Part shown: piece after piece, positions 12,763 through 25,600 of the stretch
How the letters are laid out: each line of letters starts with the position of its first letter
How positions within the stretch are numbered: position 1 is the stretch's first letter
Source: Trichodelitschia bisporula
Taxonomy: Eukaryota
Assembly: GCA_010356995.1 (NCBI GenBank)
Contig: ML996687.1
Coordinates: forward strand, 1,803 to 65,802
Direction of reading: 5' to 3'
DNA: 64,000 nucleotides
Translations under genes and position numbers: made by a program
The notes under the pieces: generated by a model
Database searches by the model: none
Told to the model about the DNA's origin: nothing
What the model saw: only the letters and a program-made list of their open reading frames with translations

Positions 12763-12797
12763 GGATGTGGTCTGGCTTGTGGAATATGTTTCTTAGG

Positions 12798-13580
12798 AGG
12801 GCTTTTCTAGGACTAGTCATGATCTCATGATCGCATGTAACTAGTTTTGAAGCTCTGGTCAATCACATCTCGTACAACGGCGCCTGTCACTGCTTTCGCA
12901 AGGGGATGGTACAGCACAGTACAAGCTAACACGCATAGTATATAATCGGAGGCCAACATATGTCCGAGATTAGGCTCAGGCTTCATGGCCATCGCCTATA
13001 TGGCCTACCATCATTCAAAATCAAAGATATAAGCATGCCATCATGCGGGGTGTGGGGTGGAGGCGGGCCGAGGGGGGAGGAGTTATAAGGCCGGTATAGG
13101 GAGGTTTCCACCTGGTGTGCCTGAGTGGAGGGAGAATGCGGAGCGTTGAAAGCAAAGCAAAAGGTTGGTTCGGTCGAATAGTTCTAGACTTTTGTTGTGG
13201 GCTTGGCTATTACAATGGCTTAATCATTTTTAATTAGATCTTCAGCTCCTACTCAAATCTCATTTCTTGCAAAGGCGTTAGCCTCTGATTAGCAACATAG
13301 TGGTACTCCGTACAGTACAGTACAAGTTAACCCGCATAGTATACAATCGGTGACCATCTTCACCGCCATCAACTGATATATGGCCCATCCATCATTCCAA
13401 ACCAAAGCTATATAATATGATCAGGTGGGGTGTGGGGTGGAGGGGGGAAAGTATAGACCGATCCGGGGGAATGTAAATGTAGAGGGCTTTACTAGGACTA
13501 GTCATGATCTCATGATCTAACGTAACTGGTTTTGAAGCTCTGACGTAACCACATCACATACAGAGGCGTTCATCACTGCT
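12798..13580. repeat. Two diverged duplicated blocks in order A-B-spacer-B'-A'
   Basis: A ~12798-12895 matches A' ~13483-13580 (CTAGGACTAGTCATGATCTCATGATC..TTTTGAAGCTCTG). B ~12905-13085 matches B' ~13300-13455 (ACAGTACAAG.TAAC.CGCATAGTAT..GGGGTGTGGGGTGGAGG). Confidence 0.8.
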
Positions 13581-13809
13581 CAAGCAACACAATGGTAAAA
13601 CCCAGTGTAGACCACCGCGCTATTAACATTCTCTGAATCCAACACGCACATTCAACATTAAGTCCAGCCTCCGCGGCCATCATCTATCCATATCCCATCC
13701 ATCATGCAAAGCCTCAGCTATTGATACACATCCCATCATTACCATAACCCATAATGCATGCCCAAACCCAAAAATAAAACTCCTAAATGCAACCCTTTAT
13801 CCCCTCACA

Positions 13810-14943
13810 CTACAAAGCAACCAAAACCCAAGCCACGGCCACTGCCCCCGCCGTCAACGCCGCAACCATTCCGCCCGCAATCCGCACTTGGTTCCCGGCA
13901 CTCCGCGCCGTCGGCGCAGGCGCGATGCTGAATGTCGTGCCGGAGGGAGAAGTGGCAGTGCTGAATGAGAGCCGTGCGCTGGAGCTCGAGCTCGAGTGCG
14001 TGCTGCTCCCGCTGGAAGTGGGGCTGGGCGTGCTGCTTGCGGGGCTGCTGGTGCCACTGCCGGTGGTGCTCTCGGCGCCGCTAGTGGCGGTACCTGCGGA
14101 TGTCGCGCCTGCGCCTGCGATCGCGGTCCCGGTCCCGGAGGCGGACGGCGCGGATTCTGTCCCCGAGGCGGCTGGTGCGGATCCACCCGCGCCCGTTGTG
14201 CCGGACGCCTTCGGGCCTGGGGCTGCGGTGCCGGATGCGGTGGCGGAGGCTGAGCCCGCGCCGACGGCAGACTCTGAAGCACCAGGCGCAGGTGCCGGCG
14301 CAACTGATCCGCTCGGCGCGGCAGGAGCGGGAGCAGCTGATCTACTCGGCGCGGCCGGGGCGGGTGAGCCGGCGGATTCAGATCCTGCGGGAACGGCAGC
14401 GGGTACCACAACCGCGCTGCCGGTGGCCGAGTCGGTCAGAGTGACGGATTGCGTGCCTGCAACCACGATGGTAACGCCATTGGAGGCGATGATGGTTGAT
14501 CCAGCTGGGGTCGGAGCGGGAGCAGCGGATGCGGTGAGCGAGTTGACAATGGCGGATAAGTCGGGGAGAGGGGTAAAGCCGGGGACCACAGCTGGGATCA
14601 CTGGCGGAGGAAGCGCGCTGGATGATGCCGTGGTCAGGTCTGGCGCGGGGGCTTCGTTTGTGGGTGCGGGGGCGGGGGCGAGGCTGAGGGTGGGGGGCAC
14701 AGAGTCGGAGGGTGCGGAGCCGGGAGGCGCGGGTCCAGAGGTTGCGGGGAGAGTGAGGGTGAATGTTAGGGCGAGGGTTGAGGGGGGTTGGTTTGGTGTT
14801 GGCCAGGGGGGGAGGGTGAGGGTTGTTGTGCAGCCGTCGAAGACAAGGGGGAGGAGTTGACCCGTCACATGTACGTGGATGTCGGAGTGACTGAAGGTTG
14901 CGGAGGCGAGGGCGGGGAGGGCGGCGATGAGGGTGGAACGCAT
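13810..14943 (-). CDS. Secreted Ser/Thr/Ala/Pro-rich, probably GPI-anchored cell-wall protein
   Basis: Signal peptide MRSTLIAALPALASA from ATG 14941-14943; low-complexity S/T/A/P/G body; hydrophobic C-terminus ..SAGNQVRIAGGMVAALTAGAVAVAWVLVAL. Confidence 0.8.
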   Translation of the reverse strand: MRSTLIAALPALASATFSHSDIHVHVTGQLLPLVFDGCTTTLTLPPWPTPNQPPSTLALTFTLTLPATSGPAPPGSAPSDSVPPTLSLAPAPAPTNEAPAPDLTTASSSALPPPVIPAVVPGFTPLPDLSAIVNSLTASAAPAPTPAGSTIIASNGVTIVVAGTQSVTLTDSATGSAVVVPAAVPAGSESAGSPAPAAPSRSAAPAPAAPSGSVAPAPAPGASESAVGAGSASATASGTAAPGPKASGTTGAGGSAPAASGTESAPSASGTGTAIAGAGATSAGTATSGAESTTGSGTSSPASSTPSPTSSGSSTHSSSSSSARLSFSTATSPSGTTFSIAPAPTARSAGNQVRIAGGMVAALTAGAVAVAWVLVAL

Positions 14944-17765
14944 TTTGAAGATGGAATGCGAGAGGATGTGAGGTTGATTGGTGAGAGTGAGGACTGATGG
15001 ATTGGAATGTTGAGAGGAGAGCAGTTCTTGGGCCTGGTTATAGTATGCTCTATTGTGGGTGGCTGCGAGGTGAAAATCGCGAGGCTGTGAGGGAGGCTGG
15101 GCGCACGGACCGGACCCGTCGATAATTGGACCACGAACACTTCCAAGTTTGCTCTTCAAGACTTGAGTGGAAGCTTTCTTGGTACCTGCGTAATCGCCTT
15201 CGCCGACCAGACCTTTGTACTCTGTCGCAACAATTCAATTGTTGCTTGTGGAACGAAGTTCGCGATATGGTTCGCGGGTAAGGGCGTGGAGATGCCAAGA
15301 CAGGGGATAAAAGCGTTGTGGCGGGGCGGGACACCAGCCACCCGTCAAAGTTGCGGCGATCATCACCCCGCCTTGCTCTGCAGCTCAGCAGCATTTAAAA
15401 GGCGGGCAGTCCACTGTCGTCATTAACGATGTCCCGGCTTGTCTCGCAAAATCGATAAGACAAGGTTTCGGTCGGGCCGAGTGTTTGTTGCGGCTTGGGG
15501 GCCACCCGAAAAAGTCATGGCCGATCTGCCCTGGCATTTCCGAGGACGGAGTGGCCACGACATTTTCGAGTGGACCTTGAGCAGTCCGATTGCCGGTCCG
15601 CTTGATGTACGCATGCCGTGGGGATTGTCGCTAAGCTTGCCATCTGCGAAACCGTGTAAACCGGAGGCAGGCGCTGGCTTGTGTGTACCAACAGGCACGG
15701 AGCTCTGCAGAGTCAGTCCGTCGGTGGAGTTCGGCGACGCAGTTGGCTCCCAAATACCGTGAAGTGCGACTGGCGAAGCCACACTCAGTTCGCGACTTTG
15801 TCTACCATGACGCTAGCGGTTCAAAGCGTCGCGTCTCCCACAGATGCCATCCGAACAAAGCTGTCGCGCATTCTCGATTAGTGATATCGGATGGCAACAT
15901 GGCGTCCGGTCGGCCGTCAACAACATTCGTAGCCGCACAAAAGGCCGAAGCACTACTCCGTAAGGGGCCCCGAAAAATTTGTAGCCGCCCTTCCTACGGA
16001 TGTAAGCAGTTTTGTGGACGGAATCAGCGACAACCTTTACGGGCGGACTCTGGACTCTGAATCGGAGGCCGCGCAAGTTCGGCACCGCGTCCCAGCCACC
16101 TCAATACTGTACCCGTGGGGCCGCCTCCGAGCTAGTCCGGGGCAGGGCCATCGAGTGAAGCGACGGATTTTGTAATCAGCCGCTAGGTCCTGTAGGATGA
16201 GTTGATGATGAATTAAACTCATAAGGTCGCGACAATCAAGCATCGTCGGGTAGGGCCCTTGTGCCACAAAGTATAAGGGAAGGACCGCCCCGGCCCTTGT
16301 CGCGGGTACAAGCGTGACCAAGTCGAGATAGAGTTGGACCCGTGGGCCCACTTCCCCCGCGATCGTACCCCGCAAGCGGCGACCAAGACCTACAGAGTAC
16401 CGTAGTATCAATTCAACTTCACCTCTTCGCAGTATCGTCGTCGCCAAACTTCGCATGGTGCTACCGCATGCGCTAAGAACACGCCCCCGAGCAGCACGCC
16501 GTGGGCCTTCCCAGTCACCTGGCGGCTGGATCCCAGTGGTGCTTCTGGATCGCAGGTCCTCGGGCGACCTGCATCACCCAGCCTGCATCACCGAGAAGGA
16601 TTTTCTTCAGCGCCATGGTGTGGGGGGACAAGAGAGCCCATTCACCCTCTGCACAAACCACTTGCGAGAAAAACGTGGTATGTTGCACAGCGAGCGTTTA
16701 CGTACGACCATGTTGCCTTCCCATCGTCTTGACTTCCAGAGCTCGAGCTCGCGACAACCACCCCGCTTCATCGTCTGAGAAGTCGAACTTCAGGCCTCTC
16801 TTCGTGCCGCCTTTGCCCTCCTGCTATTGGTGCGGAACCTCGTCCACATCTCCGCGGCCTTGGTTTGCACTGCATTAGTAAAGAGATGAATTAATGCATG
16901 CATCGCTTGGTGCAGGACCTCGCTTGCAGTTGCAGAAGACCCGCTTCTCGACGCAGCCTCGCTCACCTATCGTCCGTTTCCACCATAGTTCGTCCGCCAC
17001 CTTCACAGAAACTTCGGATCATTGTCGTTAGATTCGTGTCGAAGCGAGGTTCGAAGCGAACTGTCAAAGCGATCTCACTCAGCACTTATTCCCCCGCTTA
17101 AACCCATCAGTTTTGCCCAACGCTTAGGTACCGGTAACCGAGCCGGCGAGCGCTCATCTCCCGTCGCGTGGGGTCTGGTCGCATGTGGCGTCCAAGTACC
17201 GCTCTCCGGATTATTTCCATTGGCCGCATCAGCCGAGCGGGCGTCCCAAGCATGCGCCCGCCGACACGGGTCCCCAGGAAGCTTGAGCGAGTCAAACCCC
17301 AGCGCCGCGCATTTCTCTGCACCGCGCGCACGGGACGCTCGAGCCGCTCTGCCGCTGTGGGTGAGGGGGGTTGGCCCAACACCGGCCTCCGCGCTGCGCA
17401 ACACGCGCTGCATCCTCCGGTCTTCGCTAACTGTCGAACGCAACCGGCCTCGTGCTACGATACCTCGTGCGTCCGCTCTCCGCCTCCGACTCGTTGTGCT
17501 TGCCGCGCGCACGCCCCGCGACCACCTTCCAGACCCGCTGCGCCGGGCTGATTAGCGGCCGAACCGCGTGGGTTGTCGAGACGGCCACCCCCCCTACCTA
17601 GCTTATCACGGCGACCGGCTGCGGATAGTAAAGCGGGAGCGCGCCTGGGGGGCAAAAAGCAACCTCCCCGCTGGCGTTGAGCTTATATGCGCTCGCCCCG
17701 GCCTCGCAGTCGCCTTCGCCTAGACCTCACTCAGTTGACACTTGCTGCCACTGTATACCGACAAC

Positions 17766-19515
17766 ATGGCCGCCGCTGAGCAGACAGAGTCCAAGGAGAT
17801 GTACCACGAGATGGTGAAGGAGACGGGGGAGCATGTCTTGAAGAGCTCAGACTCGGAGGAGATGTACCGCATGGGCAAGGACCCGCAGTTCCGCCGCTTA
17901 TTCCGCCAGTCCACGATGATCATGTTCACGTCCATTGTGCAGCAGACGTGGGAGGCGGTACTCATGTGGGTTGCCTGCGATGGAGCGATTGCGATGGACT
18001 AACGTGGTGCAGTGCCAACGGTACCGGGCTTTTGAACGGCGGGCTCGCCGGCCTGGTTTGGAGCTACGTATGGACCTTCGCCGGTTTCATGCTCATTTGC
18101 TTGTCGCTGGGTGAGATGGCCAGTATGGCGCCTACCAACGGTGGACAATATCACTGGGTGTCTGAATTTGCGCCGCGGAAGTACCAGCGCTTTCTCAGTT
18201 ACATGTCCGGTAGGTCCTCTGTTCCGTCAACGCATTGACCAAGCTGACGAAGATAGGCTGGATGTCCGTCCTCTCCTGGCAGGCTGGTCTTGCCGGCGGC
18301 TCTTTCCTGGTCGGCACCATCATCCAGGGCACGATCGCAAACTACAATCATAACTACACCCCTAAGGCATACCAGGGCACGCTCTTCTCCATCGCCATCA
18401 CGACGCTAGGATGCTCGATCAACATTTTCCTCGCGAAGTATCTCCCCCGCATCCAGAAGCTCATCGTCGTGCCCCACGCCGTGGGCTGGATCGTCATCGT
18501 CGTCTTTCTTTGGGTGTTGGCGCCGCACGCGTCAGCCAAAGAGGTGTTCACGAACTTTACGAGCGAAGGCTGGCAGCCCATTGGCCTGAGTATGATGGTC
18601 GGCCAGGTCACCAGCGTATGGTTCCTCATCGGTGAGTATCTCACGTCCCACATTTGCGTCCACGCTAACCACGACCGTAGGTTCCGATTCCTCTGCCCAT
18701 CTGTCCGAGGAGGTCAAGGACGCAGGCAAAAGTGTGCCGAGCGCCATGATGTGGACCCTCATGATCAACGGCCTCATCGGCTTCATCGTGCTCGTGACCT
18801 TTTGCTTCGCGCTACCGGACGTCACCCCCGTCTTCGATCCGGAGCAGAACCCGTCGGGCTTCGCCTTCCTCTACGTCTTCCAGAACGCGTCGTACAAGGG
18901 CGCTATCCCGCTCATTGCGCTCTTGCTGTTGAACTTCACGTCCGGCGCCACTGATTTCGCCGCCTCGACCAGTCGGCAGCTGTTTGCGTTTGCGCGTGAT
19001 GGCGGTACGCCGTTTGGGCCCTGGCTCGCGCAAGTACGTCCCGAGTGTTTCTTCTCGTGACCACGCTAACTCTGACCCCCTAGGTCCAAGACGAAGTCGC
19101 GCCCCGCAACGCCATCATGGTGACCTGGCTCATCTCCGTGCTCCTCTCGCTCATCAACCTCGGCAGCACCATCGCCTTCAACGCCATCATCTCGCTGCAG
19201 CTGCTCGCGCTCATGTCCTCCTACTGCCTGTCCATCGGCTGCCTGGTTTACCAGCGTCTGATCGGCGGACACAACCTGCCGCCTGCGCGGTGGTCGCTCG
19301 GGCGCCTCAGCCTGCCCATCAACCTTGCCGCCTTCCTCTACTCCGCCTTCATCTTGTTCTGGGTTGCATGGCCGCAGCAGCGCGAGGTCACGGCCGAGAC
19401 GTTTAATTGGAGCTCGGTTATGTTCGTCGCGGTGTTTGTGTGGTCCCTGACCTACTACTACATGTTTGGGCGCAAGTCGTATGCCGGTCCTGTGGTGCTG
19501 GTGCGGGGTCGGTAA
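17766..19515 (+). CDS. APC-superfamily amino acid/choline permease (ACT family), 4 introns
   Basis: RMGKDPQFRR.F, TWEA, LLNGGLAG, SLGEMASMAPTNGGQYHWVSEFAP, DSSAHLSEEVKDA, SRQLFAFARDGGTPF, AFNAIISL, FNWSS. Confidence 0.92.
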
Positions 19516-19665
19516 GAATGTACATAGTCATGATTTGGAAGATCCGCGGAGATCGGCTGGCAGCAACGAAGTCAACGACTTTTGGCGCGCGCATTAGGTT
19601 GAATACGACTAATTATGCAACATACATCCCGCAACCCGTGATCTAAGTTTCATGTCCACTCGAGA

Positions 19666-21538
19666 TTAAAACACAAGCCCCTTGACCTGCTTCACGTCCT
19701 TGACGTTCACGTTCTTGATCATCAGCACCCAGATCAGCGACAGCGCCATCACCGCCGTCCCCGCAATGCACATGTTGCGCTGCGCCAGCCCATATGCCTT
19801 GATGATCGCATCGCGCACCGGATCCCCCTCCTCGTAGCTCAGCTGCACATCCAGACTATCATAAATCTCCGTCAAATTGGCCAGGGCTTCGGCGGGGAGG
19901 TATTTTGCCAGCGCATCGGGCATGGTATGCGTCCACACGGCACCAGAAATCGTATTCCCGATAGCGCCCCCAATGTACCCAAACAGGCCCAGCAGGGCCA
20001 GGACGGCGGCAAGGTCGGCGTGCTTGGCGACGCTCATGATGGACACCTGCTGCGTGAGGATAATGGTGCCGCCGCTGAAGGCAATGAAGATCTGGCACAT
20101 GATGACGTAGCCGATGTTGGTTCCTGGCTGGCGGAAATGGATCATGAGGCCTATGCCGAGAATATCGAGGGGAACCGCGAGCATGAGAAGCCATTTGAAG
20201 TGGTTTGTGCGGCGGATCAGGTACCCGACGACAAAACACCACACCCCGGAAATCACGTCGAAGACGCCGGAAACGTAGCCTGCTTGCGCGAGGGTGAGCC
20301 CGTGGACAACCTGCAGGTAGGACGCGTAGTAGCTGTTCCAGCAGTAGTATCCAACTTGGAAGGAGGCGCAGAGGAGGCACGTCCCCATTATGGTGCGGGA
20401 GGCGAGGAGCTCGAAGCGCACGAAGGGGTGCGGGGAGATGAAGCGCTCGATGAGGGCGAAGAGGATGAGGCACACAAAGCCGATGACGAGCATGGCGATG
20501 ATGTGTGCGGAGCGCCATTTTGAGGCGGCGGATTCGGCGATGGAGAAGGGGAGGAGGAAGAGCACGAAGCCGGCGGCGAAGAAGAAGACGCCGAGGGCTA
20601 GGAGGTGTTAGGGGCGTTTCTTAGGGGAAAGAGGGGGGACGAACCGTCGAACTCGATCAGATAGTGCCAGATGCTCTGCAGAGTGGTGCGTCCACTAGGT
20701 GTACGACCCAGCAGGCCGTTCTTCTTCGCCTTGCGCGTGTTCCACCACAGAATCGTGAACAGCGGGACGGCGACCAGGGGCAAGATGATGGAGAACGTGC
20801 CGTACGCCCAGCGCCAGCTGATCTTCTCATAGTAGCTCTCCGCAACCTTGGGGCCGGCAAAGGCAGTAATGATATACGGCGAGGCGGTGAATGCAAACGC
20901 GAGACCCCGATTACGCAGGCTTGAAACATCGGCCGTGACGACGTCGCAGGAGTAAATCATGCCGTCCATGCCGACCCAGTAGAACACCTGTGCGGCGGCG
21001 AAGGTCTCAACATTTTTGCACGCAGCCATGAGGACGATGCCCATCACCGTTAGGCTGGTCATGACGACGAAGCCCTGGGGCCGGCCCCAGAGGTCGAGCA
21101 TTTTTGCGACGGCGAGGCGCAGGGCGCCGGCCATGACGTTGGAGAGGATGAAGACGACAGGGATGAGGGAGTGGGCTTCGAAGTCGCTGATGGCGAAGCC
21201 GATGAGGTTGAGGGTTATGGATTGTTGGAAGGCGTTGATGAAGTAGATGAACCAGATGCTGGGAGTATTAACACTTGAGTCTATGAGGATAAAGGGATGG
21301 CATACGCGACGAAAAGACTGATGAGCCATGGCTTCGTCCATGCCAGTGTCAAGGCCTCGGCCTTCTTCACGCCGTGCTGTGCCTCTTCGTCTGGCTTCTC
21401 GTCGGCGGAGGTATTAGACGCAGCGACAGCTTCAGTCACAGATCGCTTCTCATCGATCTCCTCGCCAGGCACAGTAGCATCCTGCACTTCTCCCGCAGGG
21501 GACTTCCCCTTGAGGCCGATGAATCTTCGAAACGACAT
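19666..21538 (-). CDS. mirB: Siderophore-iron transporter (MFS, SIT family), MirB-like
   Basis: AQHGVKKAEALTLAWTK, HSLIP, AKMLDLWGRPQG, AAAQVFYWVG, SLRNRGLAFAFTASPYII, C-terminal QVKGLVF; 2 introns; adjacent to siderophore genes. Confidence 0.9.
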
Positions 21539-21583
21539 AACGACACCCAGGGTTGCACGCAAGAAACCTAGAACTGGGGAAAG

Positions 21584-21592
21584 ATCAGATAA
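21584..21592 (+). promoter_or_regulatory. SreA-type iron-repression GATA box ATCAGATAA
   Basis: Exact match to ATCWGATAA ~45 bp upstream of the mirB-like start. Confidence 0.75.
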
Positions 21593-22090
21593 GGCGCAGG
21601 CCCACTGAGCTGATGCGGTGTATTTGAGCGGCAGCCGCTGCGGCTACGGGTAATCCTCACGTCGTGCTCCCGCCGTCCGGTCTCGGCCAGCAGCAATGCA
21701 TCCTACTAGGCGTCGGCCAGGCAGCGCATGCCATGGCCGCCTCGTTGCTCGGCAGCAAACCGTCCAGCATGGTAGCCCAAGGACAGTTCGCAACGGCACT
21801 GGTAGACCAAGGCCAAAGGCGGCGAGACGAAATATACAGCAGGTTACGGGCCCCGTCTTTTGGGGGGTTGTACTGCTCGAATGCTGGGATCCGGGAGCTA
21901 GCGGGAGAGAACGACGTGGCTGCTTGCCGAGCGGATGAGAAGGATGGGCCCGCTGTGGTGGGTCTACAGGCGTTTGGCGAGGCGACGATGTGCTGCACGG
22001 CGAGGCTAGACAAGGCTAGAGAGTGGTGGTTGGTTGGAGCTGGGGTTGGACAGCATCTCCACTTCGGCTAGCGTGATGCAGGAGTGAAAA

Positions 22091-22130
22091 ATCTAATCAA
22101 TCAGTTTATCAGACCATCTTATCAATCAGG
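22091..22130 (-). promoter_or_regulatory. GATA cluster in the mirB/ABC divergent promoter
   Basis: ATCTAATCAATCAGTTTATCAGACCATCTTATCAATCAGG contains two TGATAA on the minus strand. Confidence 0.65.
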
Positions 22131-22621
22131 GCTTGATCATCACATGCACCCCCCCTGCAGTCCGGCTTCATCCTTTCAACCACCACGCCATTTCTCACCA
22201 AGTTAACAACATCCTCGTCATCTTCGCTTCTCCCGGTCTCTTCTCGCATTGACTAAGGTCATGTTTCCGAGCCCTGCGAACTAGTACGACAGACGCCATC
22301 TTGCTCACCGTATTCCGTTCCGTTACGATGCCCAAGGGTCCCGCACTTCACCCCAGTGACTCAACTCCACCTCTCCGGGGGACTCTCTAGGGTAGATCCC
22401 CGGCATCAGACTAATTCCACAGTGATGGCCACGATGGATCCACTCCGGGATGGGCCCGCGATTGCGCAGTCGGTTACGCGTGGCAATGTCGTCGGCGATG
22501 GAAGGCCGGGGGATGGGGGATTGAGCTACAGACCGTAGAGATCAATTGACATAGCGCTCGCTGTGGTCCTTGTTTGCTCTGTGTTTGTGTTGTATACTTG
22601 CAGAGGCTCATCGACGCCATC

Positions 22622-25600
22622 ATGACTGACCCCAAAGACATCGTTGAAGTGTCTAAAGACGTCGAGCTGTCGGCAGAGGAGAAAAAGTGGAAGGCAAGCC
22701 CGCCGCCCGTGATGCAACTGAACGCGTCTCTAACGTACTCAGAAATGGTACCGCACGCCCTTCGACTACATCCGCCTGCTCACCTCCGCCGACCCCAAAC
22801 CCTTCGACTATGGCCTTCTGCTCACTGGCCTCATCGCTGCTGCCGCCGCCGGCGTGCCCTTCCCTCTCGTCGCCATCCTCTTCGGTCAGGTGATTGACGA
22901 TCTCAATTCGTCGACATGCGACAACAGCGCCCACGCGCTCAGTGCGGCCGATGCGCACGCCTATCAGTCCGATGTTAACAGCAAGATCCTGCTCATCGTG
23001 TACCTCGCCATTGCGCAGTTCGCGTGCATCTACATCCACCTCACATGCTGGACACTGGCCGGCGCGCGTCTCGCGCAGCGTCTCCGCGAGCGCTACTTGC
23101 GGAGTCTCTTGAGGCAGGAAGTCTCGTTCTTCGACAGTATGCCTGCGGGAGAGGTCTCGTCGCGTCTTAATAGCGAGATTCAGAACATCCGCAATGGCAC
23201 CTCTGAGAAGGTCGGGCTGTGTATATCGGCCACCTCGTTTTTCATCACCGCCTATGTCGTTGCCTTCATCAAGGACACGATCCTGGCCGCGATTCTAATA
23301 TCGCTCGTACCGGCTTACTTCATCATGTCTTTTGTTGGCAGTCACTACATCGAGAAGTACTCCGCAGCCATGTCCGATCATCTCGCATCCGCGTCCGCGA
23401 TTGCCTCCGAAGCCCTCTCACACGTTCCGGTTGTGCACGCTTTCAGTGCGAATGCGCGGCTGGAGGTCAAGTTTGCGGCAGACCTCGTGCTTGCACGCAA
23501 GGAGGGCATTAAGAAGGCCGTCGCGACGGGCGTGCAGTGCGGCTTCATGTACTTCATCGCCTACGCCGCAAACGCCCTGGCCTTCTGGCAGGGCAGCAAA
23601 ACAATCGCGGATGCCGTGCGCGACGATTCAAACGCATCGGTGGGCAAGGTGTACACGGTGATTTTCGTCCTCGTAGATGGTCAGTCGCCCACCCTTACCT
23701 TCCGTACGCAGCTAACTCCCTAGCCACCCTCATGCTAAGCCAAGTCGCACCCTTCCTCCAAATCTTCGGCGTCGCCACAGGCGCTTTCCGCAAACTCCGC
23801 GAGGACATGCGGCACCAGTCCGCCTACGACGGAACATGTGAAGTGAAGGGCGAATTCCCGGATATCCAGGGCAACATCGAGTTCCGCGAGGTGTCCTTCG
23901 CGTACCCCTCGCGACCAGACCGGACCGTCCTGAAGGGCGTGTCCATCTCCTTCCCCTCCGCGAAGCACACCGCGCTCGTCGGTCTCTCCGGCAGCGGCAA
24001 GTCCACCATCGCGGGCCTTACGACCCGCCTTTACGACCCCAAATCTGGCACCATTACCATCGACGGCGTCGACGTGCGCGACATCAACGTGCGGCACCTG
24101 CGCAGCTTCATTAGCCTGGTGCAACAGGACCCGGCGTTCCTGGACCGGTCTATCCTCGAGAACATCGCGCTGGGCCTGATCAACAGCCCTGCGGCCGAGC
24201 ACGTGCCACTCAAGCCTGTGCTGCTCAGCCACGAGCTCGCCGCGTTTGTGGAGGATATCCGCCGGCACCGCACGAAGGACATCCTCGCTGTGGCGCAAGC
24301 CAGAGGCCCGGAGATCACGCGCATCGTCATGCTGGTCCAGGAAGCAGCCTCCCTCGCCGATGCAGCGTCTTTCATTGAGAACCTGCAATTCGGATACGCG
24401 ACTAGCATCGGCTCGAGCGGGAATTTGCTCAGTGGCGGGCAGAAGCAGCGCGTTGCGCTCGCGAGAGCTCTAGTGCGCGATCCACGGATTTTGATCCTGG
24501 ACGAGGCGACTGCGTCGCTGGATTCGCAATCTGAGCTACGGATCCAGGAGGCGCTGGAGAGGATTGCGGGTGGGAGAACACTGATTTCGATTGCGCATCG
24601 GATTTCGACGGTGAGGGGGGCGGATAATATTATTGTTATGCGCGATGGGGATGTGCTGGAGCAGGGGAGGCATGCGGAACTGATGGCGAGGAAGGGTGCT
24701 TATGCGGAGCTTGTGGCTTTGCAGGGGCTGGATAAGGCTGCGCCGAAGAATGGGGAGAAGGATGTTGAGAAGGCGCCCAAGGCTATTACGTCGAAGGAGA
24801 TGTCTACGGGCTCCAATCTCAGCGTCGACTTACCTTCAGAGTCGGACGAGAAAGCTGTCGAGGAGAGAGGCGAAGACGACGAAGAAGCACCAGGTGTATC
24901 ATCTGAACGCAGCCTTCTCTCAATATTCAAATCCATCGGTCCCCTCATCCGCCGCGACATCCTCGTCGTCCTCATCGCCCTACTAGGCGCCGTCGTCGTC
25001 GGCGGCGCCTTCTCCGCCGAATCCGTCATCTTCGGCAATACAGTCGGGCACCTCTCGCCCTGCAACAGCGAATCCAGCATCCGATCCGCCGGCAACTTCT
25101 TCGGGCTCATGTTCTTCGTCCTCGCCATCATCGAGTTCTTCGCCAACTTCGTCAGCTGGTCGGGTTTCGGGTTTGTGTCCGAGAAGCTGCTGTACACGGT
25201 GCGGGTTCTATCGTTCCGCGCGCTATTCGAGCAGGATCTGCAGTGGCATCAAAGTGAGGACCGCACGCCCTCGGGCCTGCTGTCTGTGATTACGAAGGAC
25301 GGGAACGCGCTCGGTGGGCTCAGCGGCTCAATAATCGGCACCATCCTCTCCATCCTAATCAACATGATCGTCGCCGTCGTGCTCACGCACATCGTCGCCT
25401 GGCGCATCGCCCTCGTGTGTCTCGCTACCGTCCCCCTCCTCCTCGGCACCGGCCTCATGGAACTCCGCATCCTCTCCGCCTTCGAAGAAAAGCACGAAAC
25501 CGCCTACTCCAAATCCGTCTCCATCGCCGTCGAAGCCGTAAACAGCATCAAAACCATCGCCGCCTTCAGTCTCGAGCACGAAACCCTCTCTTCCTACCGG

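Noticed and set aside
13787..14860. 357-aa plus-strand ORF
   Set aside because: Antisense shadow of the GC-rich GPI-protein gene.
15200..17700. Many overlapping short ORFs
   Set aside because: No motifs or coherent splice pattern; treated as intergenic GC-rich sequence.
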